NCBI GenBank assembly: GCA_030596105.1
Contig: JAUVKU010000001.1
Coordinates: forward strand, 1-56,474
Reading direction: 5' to 3'
Source: a bacterium
GTDB lineage: Bacteria > Patescibacteriota > Minisyncoccia > Minisyncoccales > DAOVPY01
DNA: 56,474 bases
Below the pieces are notes generated by a model, which was not told the DNA's origin, ran no database searches, and worked only from the letters and a program-made list of their open reading frames with translations. Positions 7,530 to 15,626 of the stretch are shown here, in pieces (position 1 is the first letter of the stretch; each line of letters starts with the position of its first letter). The position numbers and the translations under genes are program-made.

Positions 7530-9026
7530 TTAAAAAATAAATTCTTTTGAATTGTATAAACTTTGATCGCTTAATATATATATTCTTTTATTATTTGAAT
7601 TAAAAAACATTTCTAAATTTTTAAACTCAGCCAAATTATACATATTAATTCCACTCCTATCGTCAATTTCAGCAATTTTTATTTTATCTCCAACACTAAA
7701 TACCAAATAATGATCTCCGAACCAAAAACAATCTCCTATTTTTTCAGAAAATCGTGTTAAAAACACTTTCTCTTGTGCCTGTCTTTTAGGTTGACCATTT
7801 TCTTCTTCAAAAAAGAAAACCCACAATTCAAAATTGTTCAAAAAAACAATTTTTTTATTATCTGGAGAAAGCTTTACATCTCTGACAAATTCAGAGATTT
7901 TTTTAAACTTTTTTAAACTTTCATCCAAAAAATATAAAACATTGTTTTCTTTAATCAATATCCTGTTGGCAACATTGTTTATTGCATAATTCGCCTTCGA
8001 TTCAACGGCTAATGGCTCTAAGTTAAAACTTTCTAAAATCTTTCCAGTAATAGAATCGCTCTTTAAAAGAAACCCTTGATCAGATAACCAATATAGACCA
8101 TCGTCAACGCTTTTATATGCTATTAAATCGCTCAGGATTGATTCTGAAATTTCTTTTTTATTGTAGTCAACGCTGAAAAGAAAATTATTATTTTTACCCT
8201 GCTCTGTGGTTGTCACGAATTTAGTAAAAAATATTTTTTCGGAATCCTGAGCGTTAAAAGAAAAATCTTTTGCATCTGAATCTAAAAAATCTAAAAACAC
8301 GATAGAAGAAGGGTCATCTATTTCTAAAACAAGATGCATTACCTTGCCAGATGATGAATTTGCAAAAGGCCAAAGAGTTTCCAATAAAGCCTTTTCTGAA
8401 TTAGAAGAAAATTTTAAATCTAATAATTCTATATTTTTATTGCTTAATTTTGGAAAAGAAGATGCAGAGATTTCCTGAAACAAAGAATTATTTAATATAT
8501 TTTCTTCGCTTAAAAGAATTTTTTGGTTATTTTTTTCTAAATTTAAAATTTCTAAAACCCAATTATTTTGTTCTTCTGTCTTTTTGATAATTAGTTTTTT
8601 TTGATTTGGTAAAAACCAAAAATTTTCTGTATTATCTTTTAAAACAGTAAACTCAGGATTTTGTGGAATTAAAATAACATTTTTTGCTTCAGTAACCAAT
8701 TGAGCTTCTATTTCTAAAGATTTTTTCCAAGAATAATGTCCCTGTTTGCTTATCTCTATATCATAAGCTATGGGCAAAAGGTTTTTAATAAACACTGAAT
8801 CAAAGAAAAAATCTGTTTTTTCTTTAAATTTACCATTGAAGTGAATTTCAACATTTTTTGGTATAACCTTGCAATAAAATCCTCCAGTTTTGACAATTTT
8901 TATTTTAGCTGTTGACAAATCAAAATCAAAGCGATATCCACAAGAATACAAAATTATCACTGGCGCTCCTAAAAAAAGAAAAAACACACAAAGGGAAAAC
9001 AAAATTGTACGCATTTTTTTTATCAT
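7530..9026 (-). CDS. membrane-anchored PEGA-domain protein with C-terminal beta-propeller-like (TolB/WD40-like) region
   Basis: N-terminal TM helix (ILFSLCVFFLFLGAPVIILY), a PEGA-like beta-sandwich segment (...PIAYDIEISKQGHYSWKKSLEIEAQLVTEAKNVILIP), then repeated beta-strand-rich segments (LSPDNKKIVFLNNFELWVF...). Confidence 0.65.
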   Translation of the reverse strand: MIKKMRTILFSLCVFFLFLGAPVIILYSCGYRFDFDLSTAKIKIVKTGGFYCKVIPKNVEIHFNGKFKEKTDFFFDSVFIKNLLPIAYDIEISKQGHYSWKKSLEIEAQLVTEAKNVILIPQNPEFTVLKDNTENFWFLPNQKKLIIKKTEEQNNWVLEILNLEKNNQKILLSEENILNNSLFQEISASSFPKLSNKNIELLDLKFSSNSEKALLETLWPFANSSSGKVMHLVLEIDDPSSIVFLDFLDSDAKDFSFNAQDSEKIFFTKFVTTTEQGKNNNFLFSVDYNKKEISESILSDLIAYKSVDDGLYWLSDQGFLLKSDSITGKILESFNLEPLAVESKANYAINNVANRILIKENNVLYFLDESLKKFKKISEFVRDVKLSPDNKKIVFLNNFELWVFFFEEENGQPKRQAQEKVFLTRFSEKIGDCFWFGDHYLVFSVGDKIKIAEIDDRSGINMYNLAEFKNLEMFFNSNNKRIYILSDQSLYNSKEFIF

Positions 9027-9130
9027 ATAATCATATATTATTATATATTTTCAGGATACATCACTTGACACAAAATTGCAACCTGTGTTATATTATATCA
9101 TACCTTAAAAACAGAATAAGGAGAGAAAAA

Positions 9131-9835
9131 ATGGACGAATTTGAAAAATGGATGGATGTTGCGGACAAAGAGTATAAAAATGGAGATTATGTTGCGTCTC
9201 GCAAAATGGCGGATTTTGCAATATTTTTCGCAAAAATGCCAAAAAATTTTGCAAAAGCTTTTAACAGAAGGGCACGAGCTAAAAGATATATCGCTTTTAA
9301 AACAGAAGATAAAATACCGAAAGAAATAATGTATATGTCGGCAAGACAAGATTGGGAGACGGTTATAAATATCTCGGGCGACATAGATGTAGAAATAAAA
9401 ATATCTGCCATAAAAGGCATAATGTTGCTTCCGGGCGAAGACATTGAACTTCTATATAATTTTGGAAACAAAATTATAGAAGATCAAGCTTCCAATTGGA
9501 AAGAAAAAAGAAACCTAATCGGGGAATTGGGAAACTCGTATGGAATTGAAGTCCGAAAAACTGACCCATTAGCCGCAAAAAGAATTTTTTTAAACCATTA
9601 TGCCTTAATTAACAAAAAAACCCTTATTGCTGGTCACTTAGCTCATAATGCCGGAACATGCTTTTTAATGCTAAGAAATGAAGAAAGCAATGAATCGGAA
9701 AAGAGATACTATCTTGCTTTATCAGCCATAAGATGGTTGCATCAAGCATTAGAAGATTACCCCGTTGATCAAGTAACGCACATAAAAACGGTTGAGAATA
9801 AAATATACGATGCAAGAGACGGAATTGAACCTTAA
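9131..9835 (+). CDS. hypothetical protein (234 aa)
   Basis: ATG 9131 is preceded by the SD-like TAAGGAGAG 8 nt upstream. The ORF-track start 8912 lies inside the convergent neighbour and is rejected. Confidence 0.6.
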   Translation: MDEFEKWMDVADKEYKNGDYVASRKMADFAIFFAKMPKNFAKAFNRRARAKRYIAFKTEDKIPKEIMYMSARQDWETVINISGDIDVEIKISAIKGIMLLPGEDIELLYNFGNKIIEDQASNWKEKRNLIGELGNSYGIEVRKTDPLAAKRIFLNHYALINKKTLIAGHLAHNAGTCFLMLRNEESNESEKRYYLALSAIRWLHQALEDYPVDQVTHIKTVENKIYDARDGIEP

Positions 9836-9884
9836 AAATTAATCATTCTTTTTTTGCATAAAAATAGGAGGTGAAAAATAAAAA

Positions 9885-10067
9885 ATGAAAATAATAAGAT
9901 ACTCAATGGATGAGGAATATATGCTAACGCAAACAATAAGGACTTCTACAGATTGGGCAATCCTTAAAAACGCCTATGAAAAGCGCGCAGTTATAAAAAA
10001 ACAAAAGAACGACATAGAAGGCGCTGAAATGGATGAGGCGGCCGCAAAACAAATGTTTCAAGAATAG
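9885..10067 (+). CDS. hypothetical small protein (60 aa)
   Basis: Strong SD (AGGAGGTGA) with an A-rich spacer before the ATG. No recognisable domain. Confidence 0.45.
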   Translation: MKIIRYSMDEEYMLTQTIRTSTDWAILKNAYEKRAVIKKQKNDIEGAEMDEAAAKQMFQE

Positions 10068-10157
10068 CCAACAGCGATGATAACAAAATTTAAAAATACC
10101 CGGCAGAAGCTGGGTTATTTATTTACAAAAATTAAAATATCTTATAGAATATATGTA

Positions 10158-10739
10158 ATGGCTATTCCAGCAAAAATACTTAATTATTTAAACAAGTCAA
10201 AGATTAAATACGATTTGGCAAAGCATAAAATTGTTTATACTGCTTACGATAAAGCAGCCACGCTAAAAGTGCCTGAAAAAACTATCTGTAAAACATTGAT
10301 AGTAAAAACAGACAAAACATATAATTTAGTTTTAATTCCCGCTAATAAAAATTTAGATAAAATAAAATTTAAAAAAATATTAAACAACGAACAAAAGAAA
10401 ACTGGAGGGAAAATAGCAAAAACCATTGACTTTGCGACAGAATTATGGATAAAGAAAAATATAAAAGGCATAAAACTCGGAGCAATACCTCCTTTTGGAA
10501 AACTATGGAAACTGCCAGTATTTATAGAAAAAACACTACTAAAAGAACGAGAGATTGTTGTTAATAGTGGAGACCATAGATGGTCAATAAAAATTGACTT
10601 GAACAATTTTAAAAAAGCGATTCCCGATTTAATAGCTGAAAACTTTAGTCAAGCAAAAAAAATAAAAAAGATAAAGAAAGCGAAACCTAAAAAGAAAATA
10701 AAAATACGACCAACAACAAAAGCGAAAAAAAAGTTATAA
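10158..10739 (+). CDS. YbaK/ProX-type aminoacyl-tRNA deacylase domain protein with Lys-rich C-terminal tail
   Basis: The layout YDLAKHKIVYTAYDKAATLKVPEKTICKTLIVKTDKTYNLVLIPANKNLD resembles YbaK/EbsC-family trans-editing domains. The last roughly 35 aa are K-rich. Start taken at ATG 10158. Confidence 0.7.
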   Translation: MAIPAKILNYLNKSKIKYDLAKHKIVYTAYDKAATLKVPEKTICKTLIVKTDKTYNLVLIPANKNLDKIKFKKILNNEQKKTGGKIAKTIDFATELWIKKNIKGIKLGAIPPFGKLWKLPVFIEKTLLKEREIVVNSGDHRWSIKIDLNNFKKAIPDLIAENFSQAKKIKKIKKAKPKKKIKIRPTTKAKKKL

Positions 10740-10775
10740 AGAAAAAGACAAAGCCCAAAAAAAAATAGTATTTGA

Positions 10776-10807
10776 GCGGGTAGTTCAGCGGCTAGAACGC
10801 TGCTCTG
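10776..10807 (+). pseudogene. tRNA-Ile 5'-half fragment
   Basis: 32 nt identical to 10828-10859 of the intact tRNA-Ile (acceptor 3' part, D arm, anticodon stem up to CTG). It then diverges, and the acceptor 5' end differs (GAGCGGG). Confidence 0.8.
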
Positions 10808-10825
10808 CACAATAAAATTTTTGGT

Positions 10826-10901
10826 GGGCGGGTAGTTCAGCGGCTAGAACGCTGCTCTGATAAAGCAGAGGTCGAAGGTTCGATTCCTTCTCCGCCCACC
10901 A
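10826..10901 (+). tRNA. tRNA-Ile (anticodon GAU), CCA encoded
   Basis: Manual cloverleaf: acceptor GGGCGGG/TCCGCCC, D stem GTTC/GAAC, anticodon stem CTGCT/AGCAG with loop CTGATAA, T arm GAAGG-TTCGATT-CCTTC, discriminator A, then CCA. Confidence 0.9.
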
Positions 10902-10935
10902 AAGATTTTTTGGACACCGAGCATAGCGAGAGGTC

Positions 10936-11002
10936 ATAAAGCAGAGGTCGAAGGTTCGATTCCTTCTTTACCTAACCAAAGATTTTTTGGACACCGAGCA
11001 TA
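10936..11002 (+). pseudogene. tRNA-Ile 3'-half fragment plus duplicated trailer
   Basis: 10936-10966 is identical to 10860-10890 (anticodon loop 3' side through the T arm). The acceptor strand has diverged (TTTACCTAA). 10976-11002 is a perfect copy of the 27-nt trailer 10899-10925 (CCAAAGATTTTTTGGACACCGAGCATA). Confidence 0.8.
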
Positions 11003-11019
11003 TCCTTCTTTACCCAACA
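11003..11019 (+). pseudogene. third short tRNA 3'-end fragment
   Basis: TCCTTCTTTACCCAACA closely matches TCCTTCTTTACCTAACC at 10961-10977. Confidence 0.5.
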
Positions 11020-11034
11020 AGGATAATTTTAAAA

Positions 11035-11107
11035 GGGCCGTTGGCTCAGTTGGTAGAGCGCCTCGTTTGCAACGAGGAGGTCGCCAGTTCGAATCTGGCA
11101 CGGTCCA
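11035..11107 (+). tRNA. tRNA-Ala (anticodon UGC), CCA not encoded
   Basis: Acceptor GGGCCGT/ACGGTCC includes the G3:U70 AlaRS identity pair. D stem GCTC/GAGC, anticodon stem CCTCG/CGAGG with loop TTTGCAA, T arm GCCAG-TTCGAAT-CTGGC. Confidence 0.9.
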
Positions 11108-11262
11108 CAATAATAAATTTAACCGCCTTGCCCCCACAGGGCTCGGCGGACAAATTTATAAAAAAATCCAAAATTTTTGAAATCAATTTAGTAATGCTTG
11201 TGGACAAAATCCAAACCTTTCTTGATAATAAGTTCTAACCTTATCTGTCAAACACCAGCATA

Positions 11263-11297
11263 AAAATCGCCCCAACAAATGAATTGGGCGATTTTTT
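11263..11297 (+). terminator. rho-independent terminator downstream of the tRNA pair
   Basis: AAAATCGCCCCAA ... TTGGGCGATTTT hairpin followed by TTTATT. Confidence 0.6.
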
Positions 11298-11407
11298 ATT
11301 AAAAAAGTTATCCACAGCACAAATCTTTTTATTATATGCTATAATAAAATAAACTTTTTAACAAAGGTCGGATCAAATTAAAATAATATAAAAACAATTT
11401 TAAAATT

Positions 11408-12088
11408 ATGATTAATTCAAACTGGTTAGTTACAACACAAGAAGCGTTTCAAAATCTTTTAGCGGGATTGATAGAATTTATCCCCACTATTGTTGGAGCG
11501 ATTATTATGTTGACCGTTGGTTGGTTTATTTCCGTTGGAATAGGCAAGTTAATTGCTAAAATTTTAGAAAAAATAAAATTTAACCAATTTCTTGAAAAAG
11601 CGGGATGGAAATCCACATTTGATAAAGCCGAAATTAAAGTTGATGCAACAAATTTCATAGGCGCTATTTTCAAATGGATCTTATTCATTGTTTTCTTGTT
11701 AGCGGCTGTAGATATTTTAGGCCTAAAACAATTTGCAAATTTTCTGACAAACATTCTTAACTATCTTCCGAATGTAGCAATTGCAACCTTAATTTTTGTT
11801 ACAACCGTAATTATTGCTGACATCGCAGAAAAAATAGCAAGAGCAGGAGTAGAAGGAATAAAAATAGGATATAGCAATATGGTTGCTATAATTGTAAAAT
11901 GGTCAATTTGGATATTTGCTATTTCCGCCATTCTAATACAACTTGGAATTGCTTCAGCATTGATGCTTACATTGTTTACTGGCATCGTTGCATTCTTGGT
12001 GATAGCGGGTGGATTGGCTTTTGGATTTGGAGGAAAAGATGTGGCAGCTGAAATCTTACGAGATTTACAAAAAAAAATCAAGAAATAA
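11408..12088 (+). CDS. small membrane protein with conserved-TM-helix repeats (mechanosensitive-channel-like family)
   Basis: Four to five hydrophobic helices, with repeated motifs of the type IPTIVGAIIMLTVGWFIS / LPNVAIATLIFVTTVIIADI typical of TM-helix-repeat proteins. Confidence 0.6.
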   Translation: MINSNWLVTTQEAFQNLLAGLIEFIPTIVGAIIMLTVGWFISVGIGKLIAKILEKIKFNQFLEKAGWKSTFDKAEIKVDATNFIGAIFKWILFIVFLLAAVDILGLKQFANFLTNILNYLPNVAIATLIFVTTVIIADIAEKIARAGVEGIKIGYSNMVAIIVKWSIWIFAISAILIQLGIASALMLTLFTGIVAFLVIAGGLAFGFGGKDVAAEILRDLQKKIKK

Positions 12089-12115
12089 ACAAAAGATTAC
12101 AGCACGAATAAAATA

Positions 12116-12152
12116 CAAAGAGGTTATTTTTAATAACCTCTTTGTATTTTTT
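12116..12152 (+). terminator. rho-independent terminator
   Basis: CAAAGAGGTTATT / AATAACCTCTTTG hairpin followed by TATTTTTT. Confidence 0.75.
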
Positions 12153-12260
12153 ATACTAATATCATATTAATAAATTAAAACGCACGATCCAATTAGTTAA
12201 AACGTCCAAAATAATTAAAATTCACAGTCATAATTTTTTATAAATTATAGCCACAAACTA

Positions 12261-12289
12261 TTGACAAAACTATAAAAAAGATTTATTAT
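12261..12289 (+). promoter_or_regulatory. sigma70-like promoter
   Basis: TTGACA (12261-12266), 17-nt spacer, TATTAT (12284-12289). The downstream gene has SD AAGGTGA. Confidence 0.45.
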
Positions 12290-12326
12290 AATAATACAGT
12301 AAATTAAAATAAAAAGGTGATAAAAA

Positions 12327-12812
12327 ATGGCAGAAAATAACATGAAAGACATAAATACCGAGATGGCAGAGGCGATGAATAAACAAAAGGACGCAATGGT
12401 TAAGATGTATATTGGCGAAGAGATTAACAAAGAAGAATTTGCTCAGGGCATAAAAACAACGAATGAAGAAATGCTGGAAGAAATGCTGGAAGGAACAAAA
12501 AAGCAAATTGAAAATGTAAAAGCGGAAAAGGATTTTTTCATCAGAATGGCTCTGATAGAGCAAATAAAGAATGGAACACATCATGTAACCGATCTCGCCC
12601 TGAAGAATCTTTTAATTCTTCGTAACGCATTATCTCTTCCAGAAGAGATAGTCCCAAGATTTTTCAAGAAACAAACAAGCGAAAACAAGTACACCTACGC
12701 CTTTTATGCAAACGAACAAGTAGAAAGGGCAATAAAAGAAATAATGAATGGCCAAGTGCCACAACAGATGACCAAACCATCAACCCCACAAGCGGGCATA
12801 GAATTCGGATAA
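12327..12812 (+). CDS. hypothetical protein (161 aa, acidic helical N-terminus)
   Basis: ORF with its own promoter, SD and terminator. No motif recognised. Confidence 0.6.
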   Translation: MAENNMKDINTEMAEAMNKQKDAMVKMYIGEEINKEEFAQGIKTTNEEMLEEMLEGTKKQIENVKAEKDFFIRMALIEQIKNGTHHVTDLALKNLLILRNALSLPEEIVPRFFKKQTSENKYTYAFYANEQVERAIKEIMNGQVPQQMTKPSTPQAGIEFG

Positions 12813-12837
12813 TAATATCCAAAAAAAATATAAAGTT

Positions 12838-12865
12838 AGGCAAAGAAATTTGCCTTTTTATTTTG
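12838..12865 (+). terminator. rho-independent terminator
   Basis: AGGCAAA-GAAA-TTTGCCT hairpin followed by TTTTTATTTT. Confidence 0.7.
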
Positions 12866-12956
12866 CAAAATTTTTTAAAATTCACAAAATTCAAACTGTT
12901 CATATTAACAATTCTGTGGTATATTAAAATTGTTAAATAATCATAATAATCCATAA

Positions 12957-14108
12957 ATGACTATCGATAGTTTTTTAAACAAAAAATTGTTTTTTTCTAT
13001 TATTTTGGGCTTATTTTTAATTCCTTGTTTTGTTTTTGCTCAAAAAACAGTAGAGATTGATTTTTTTTATGGAAATGGCTGTCCGCACTGTGCTGATGAA
13101 CAAAATTTTTTGAATATTCTTGAACAAAAATATCCAGAAGTTAAAATTAATTATTATTCTATTAACGATTTAGAAAGCAGAAAATTACTAACAAGTCTTT
13201 GCGTAAAACACGATGTTAAAAAATACTTAGGATCCATACCAATGACCTTTATTAACGAAGATTTTATTTTAGGATTTAACAAAGTAGAAACAACTGGGAT
13301 AGAAATTGAAGATTCAATCAAAAGACAATTAAAACAAACGATTGAAAAAGAAAAAGAAAAAGAAAAAATTCATATCCCTATTTTAGGAGAAGTTGATGCC
13401 GAAAGATACTCTTTACCAGTTTTAACTATTATTTTGGGAACATTAGATGGATTTAATGTGTGTTCTCTTGGTGCTCTTGTTTTCATATTGGGAATGGTGC
13501 TCGCATTTCGTTCAAAGAAAAAAACCTTATTATTTGGAGGAATATTTATTATAACTTCAGCGATAACTTATGGTCTTTTGATGATACTATGGTATCAGCT
13601 CTTCTCTTTGCTTGGCGCCTACATTAAGTTTATGCACATATTAATTGGCGTAATAGCAATATCTGGAGGATTATATTTTTTCAAGCAATTTTTAAAATTC
13701 CAAAAACGTGGCGTTGTTTGCGCAATGAATCCAACGGAAGGAATAACTTCAAAACTTACCTCAAACATCCAAAAAATATTTAAAAATCCTAAAAATACTT
13801 TCACAATTATTGGAGCAACTTTAGCTTTTGCTATTCTGATAACAATTACAGAATTTCCCTGTTCAGCAATAACACCCGTTATTTATACTGGAATTTTAGC
13901 TCAGGCAGACCTATCTTCTCTTCAATATACGCTGTTTATAGCATTGTTCGTGCTTTTCTATATGATAGACGAATTTATCGTATTTTTAGTAGCCGTATTT
14001 ACGATGAAACTTTGGCTTACTTCACAAAAATTTATCACATATGCTACTTTAATTGGAGCTATCATTTTAATATCTTTAGGATCTTATTATTTATTAACAT
14101 CTATTTAA
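12957..14108 (+). CDS. secreted thioredoxin-fold (CPHC) domain fused to a CcdA/DsbD-like six-TM thiol-disulfide transporter
   Basis: Signal peptide (..LIPCFVFA|QK), Trx-like segment with GNGCPHCADEQ, then six TM helices with Cys in TM1 (GFNVCSLGA) and TM4 (EFPCSAITP), as in CcdA/DsbD-beta. Confidence 0.7.
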   Translation: MTIDSFLNKKLFFSIILGLFLIPCFVFAQKTVEIDFFYGNGCPHCADEQNFLNILEQKYPEVKINYYSINDLESRKLLTSLCVKHDVKKYLGSIPMTFINEDFILGFNKVETTGIEIEDSIKRQLKQTIEKEKEKEKIHIPILGEVDAERYSLPVLTIILGTLDGFNVCSLGALVFILGMVLAFRSKKKTLLFGGIFIITSAITYGLLMILWYQLFSLLGAYIKFMHILIGVIAISGGLYFFKQFLKFQKRGVVCAMNPTEGITSKLTSNIQKIFKNPKNTFTIIGATLAFAILITITEFPCSAITPVIYTGILAQADLSSLQYTLFIALFVLFYMIDEFIVFLVAVFTMKLWLTSQKFITYATLIGAIILISLGSYYLLTSI

Positions 14109-14129
14109 AAACAAACACAAAACAATACT

Positions 14130-14339
14130 ATGGAGAATAAAATTACGAAAGACACAACACTTGCTAAAATTTTAGAACATAATGGCGCAGAAAAAATTTT
14201 AGAAGAATATGAATTGCCATGCTTACATTGTCCAATGGCGCAACTTGAAATGCACGAATTAACTCTTGGACAAATTTGCAAACAATACAATATTAATTTG
14301 GAAAACTTACTTAAAGCATTAAACGAATTAACTAAATAA
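14130..14339 (+). CDS. DUF1858-type small redox-disulfide (CxxC) protein
   Basis: 69 aa. ITKDTTLAKILEHNGAEKILEEYELPCLHCPMAQ...TLGQICKQYNI matches the hybrid-cluster-protein-associated redox disulfide domain pattern. Confidence 0.7.
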   Translation: MENKITKDTTLAKILEHNGAEKILEEYELPCLHCPMAQLEMHELTLGQICKQYNINLENLLKALNELTK

Positions 14340-14349
14340 ATTTTGCTTT

Positions 14350-15171
14350 ATGAACTTAAAAAAAATTTACACGAAAAGGAACGATTGGCAACACAAGGGA
14401 GATTTCGGTTATATTTTAATTGTCGCAGGCGGTAGGATTTATTCTGGCTCGCCAATTTTTAACGCTATGGCTGCTTTGCGAAGTGGAGCTGACTTAACAA
14501 CTATTATTTGTCGTGAACGCACAGCAAATATTGCAGCAAGTTTTTCGCCAGATATTATCGCGCGCCCATTAGATAATGATTTATTGCCAAAACATATTAA
14601 TAAAATCGTTTCTTTATCAAAAAAATTTAATTCTTTAATTATAGGCGGAGGATTAGCACGTGAGCCCAAAACATATAAGGCGATAGGAGAAATAATTAAA
14701 AAAGTTAATTTGCCAATGGTTATTGACGCTGAAGCTATTAGAGCTGTAACCCAAAACAAAGACATATTAAAAGGAAAACAAATAATTTTAACGCCCCATA
14801 TTGAAGAATTTAAAATTTTATCTGGCGAAAATGTAAATCCCGATGAAAAAGACAGAAAAGAAAAAACAGAAAAATTGGCAAAAAATTTGGGAGCAACTAT
14901 TTTATTAAAAGGGCATATTGATATTATTTCTAACGGAGAAAAAACCACCATAAATAAAACAGGTTCACCGTATATGACAAAGGGTGGATTTGGCGACACA
15001 TTGGCTGGAATTTGCGGAACACTTTTGGCCCGAGGCGTTGAACCCTTTGAAGCAGCGGAAACAGCGGCCTATATTAACGGCAAAGCTGGGGAATTGGCAA
15101 CCAAAGAATACGGAGAAGGAGTTTTAGCTAGCGATATTTTCAAATTTATTCCAAAAGTTATAAACAGATAA
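14350..15171 (+). CDS. nnrD: ADP-dependent NAD(P)H-hydrate dehydratase (YjeF C-terminal/carbohydrate-kinase family)
   Basis: HKGDFGYILIVAGG..YSGSPIFNAMAALRSGADL, LIIGGGL and the C-terminal GGFGDTLAGI motif. Confidence 0.85.
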   Translation: MNLKKIYTKRNDWQHKGDFGYILIVAGGRIYSGSPIFNAMAALRSGADLTTIICRERTANIAASFSPDIIARPLDNDLLPKHINKIVSLSKKFNSLIIGGGLAREPKTYKAIGEIIKKVNLPMVIDAEAIRAVTQNKDILKGKQIILTPHIEEFKILSGENVNPDEKDRKEKTEKLAKNLGATILLKGHIDIISNGEKTTINKTGSPYMTKGGFGDTLAGICGTLLARGVEPFEAAETAAYINGKAGELATKEYGEGVLASDIFKFIPKVINR

Positions 15172-15177
15172 ATAATT

Positions 15178-15600
15178 ATGGCGAAAAGAATTCCCTTAGT
15201 TGGAATAGGAATAATGATCTTTAGAAAAAATAAAATTTTGCTTGGCAAAAGAAAAGGATCTCATGGACAAGGAGATTACGCTTTCCCTGGTGGTCATTTA
15301 GATTATATGGAAAATTTTGAAGAGTGTGCTATAAGAGAAATTAAGGAAGAAACTGGAATTAAAGTTAAAAATATCAAATTTCAACTTTTATCAAATATTA
15401 AAAAATTTAATCCAAAACATTATGTCCACATTGGTTTAATTGCCGACCATAAAAATGGCGAACCAAAAATACTTGAACCAGATAAATGCGAAGGCTGGGA
15501 TTGGTATAAATTAGACACATTGCCAAAACCATTATTTTGGCCAACACAAATAGCTATTGATTGCTATAAAAATAAAAAAATATATTTAGATAATCAATAA
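15178..15600 (+). CDS. NUDIX hydrolase
   Basis: Nudix box GGHLDYMENFEECAIREIKEETGI. Confidence 0.85.
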   Translation: MAKRIPLVGIGIMIFRKNKILLGKRKGSHGQGDYAFPGGHLDYMENFEECAIREIKEETGIKVKNIKFQLLSNIKKFNPKHYVHIGLIADHKNGEPKILEPDKCEGWDWYKLDTLPKPLFWPTQIAIDCYKNKKIYLDNQ

Positions 15601-15626
15601 TTAATAATTAATCGTAAATAAAAATC

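Noticed and set aside
8912-9130. Long N-terminal extension of the 9131-9835 ORF.
   Set aside because: It overlaps the 5' end of the convergently read PEGA gene and the shared promoter region. An SD-preceded ATG at 9131 gives a cleaner model.
10934-11238. ORFs 10934-11137 (-) and 10987-11238 (+).
   Set aside because: They overlap the tRNA-Ala gene and the tRNA-Ile fragments, so the reading frames come from tRNA sequence.
11308-11316. Perfect DnaA-box 9-mer TTATCCACA, plus a one-mismatch box (TGTGGACAA, 11199-11207), in the non-coding stretch after the tRNAs. I considered a possible oriC.
   Set aside because: Only one perfect and one imperfect box are present. There is no dnaA or dnaN nearby and no box cluster or obvious DUE. 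About one chance occurrence is plausible in a window this size.
14439-14999. 186-aa minus-strand ORF inside nnrD. Similar antisense ORFs occur in the TM-helix protein (11449-12081), rpoA (4497-5017), dnaJ (46787-47101), the MurF-like gene (35670-35987) and the GH38 gene (52908-53298).
   Set aside because: The opposite strand carries genes with clear family motifs. These are typical shadow ORFs of AT-rich coding DNA.
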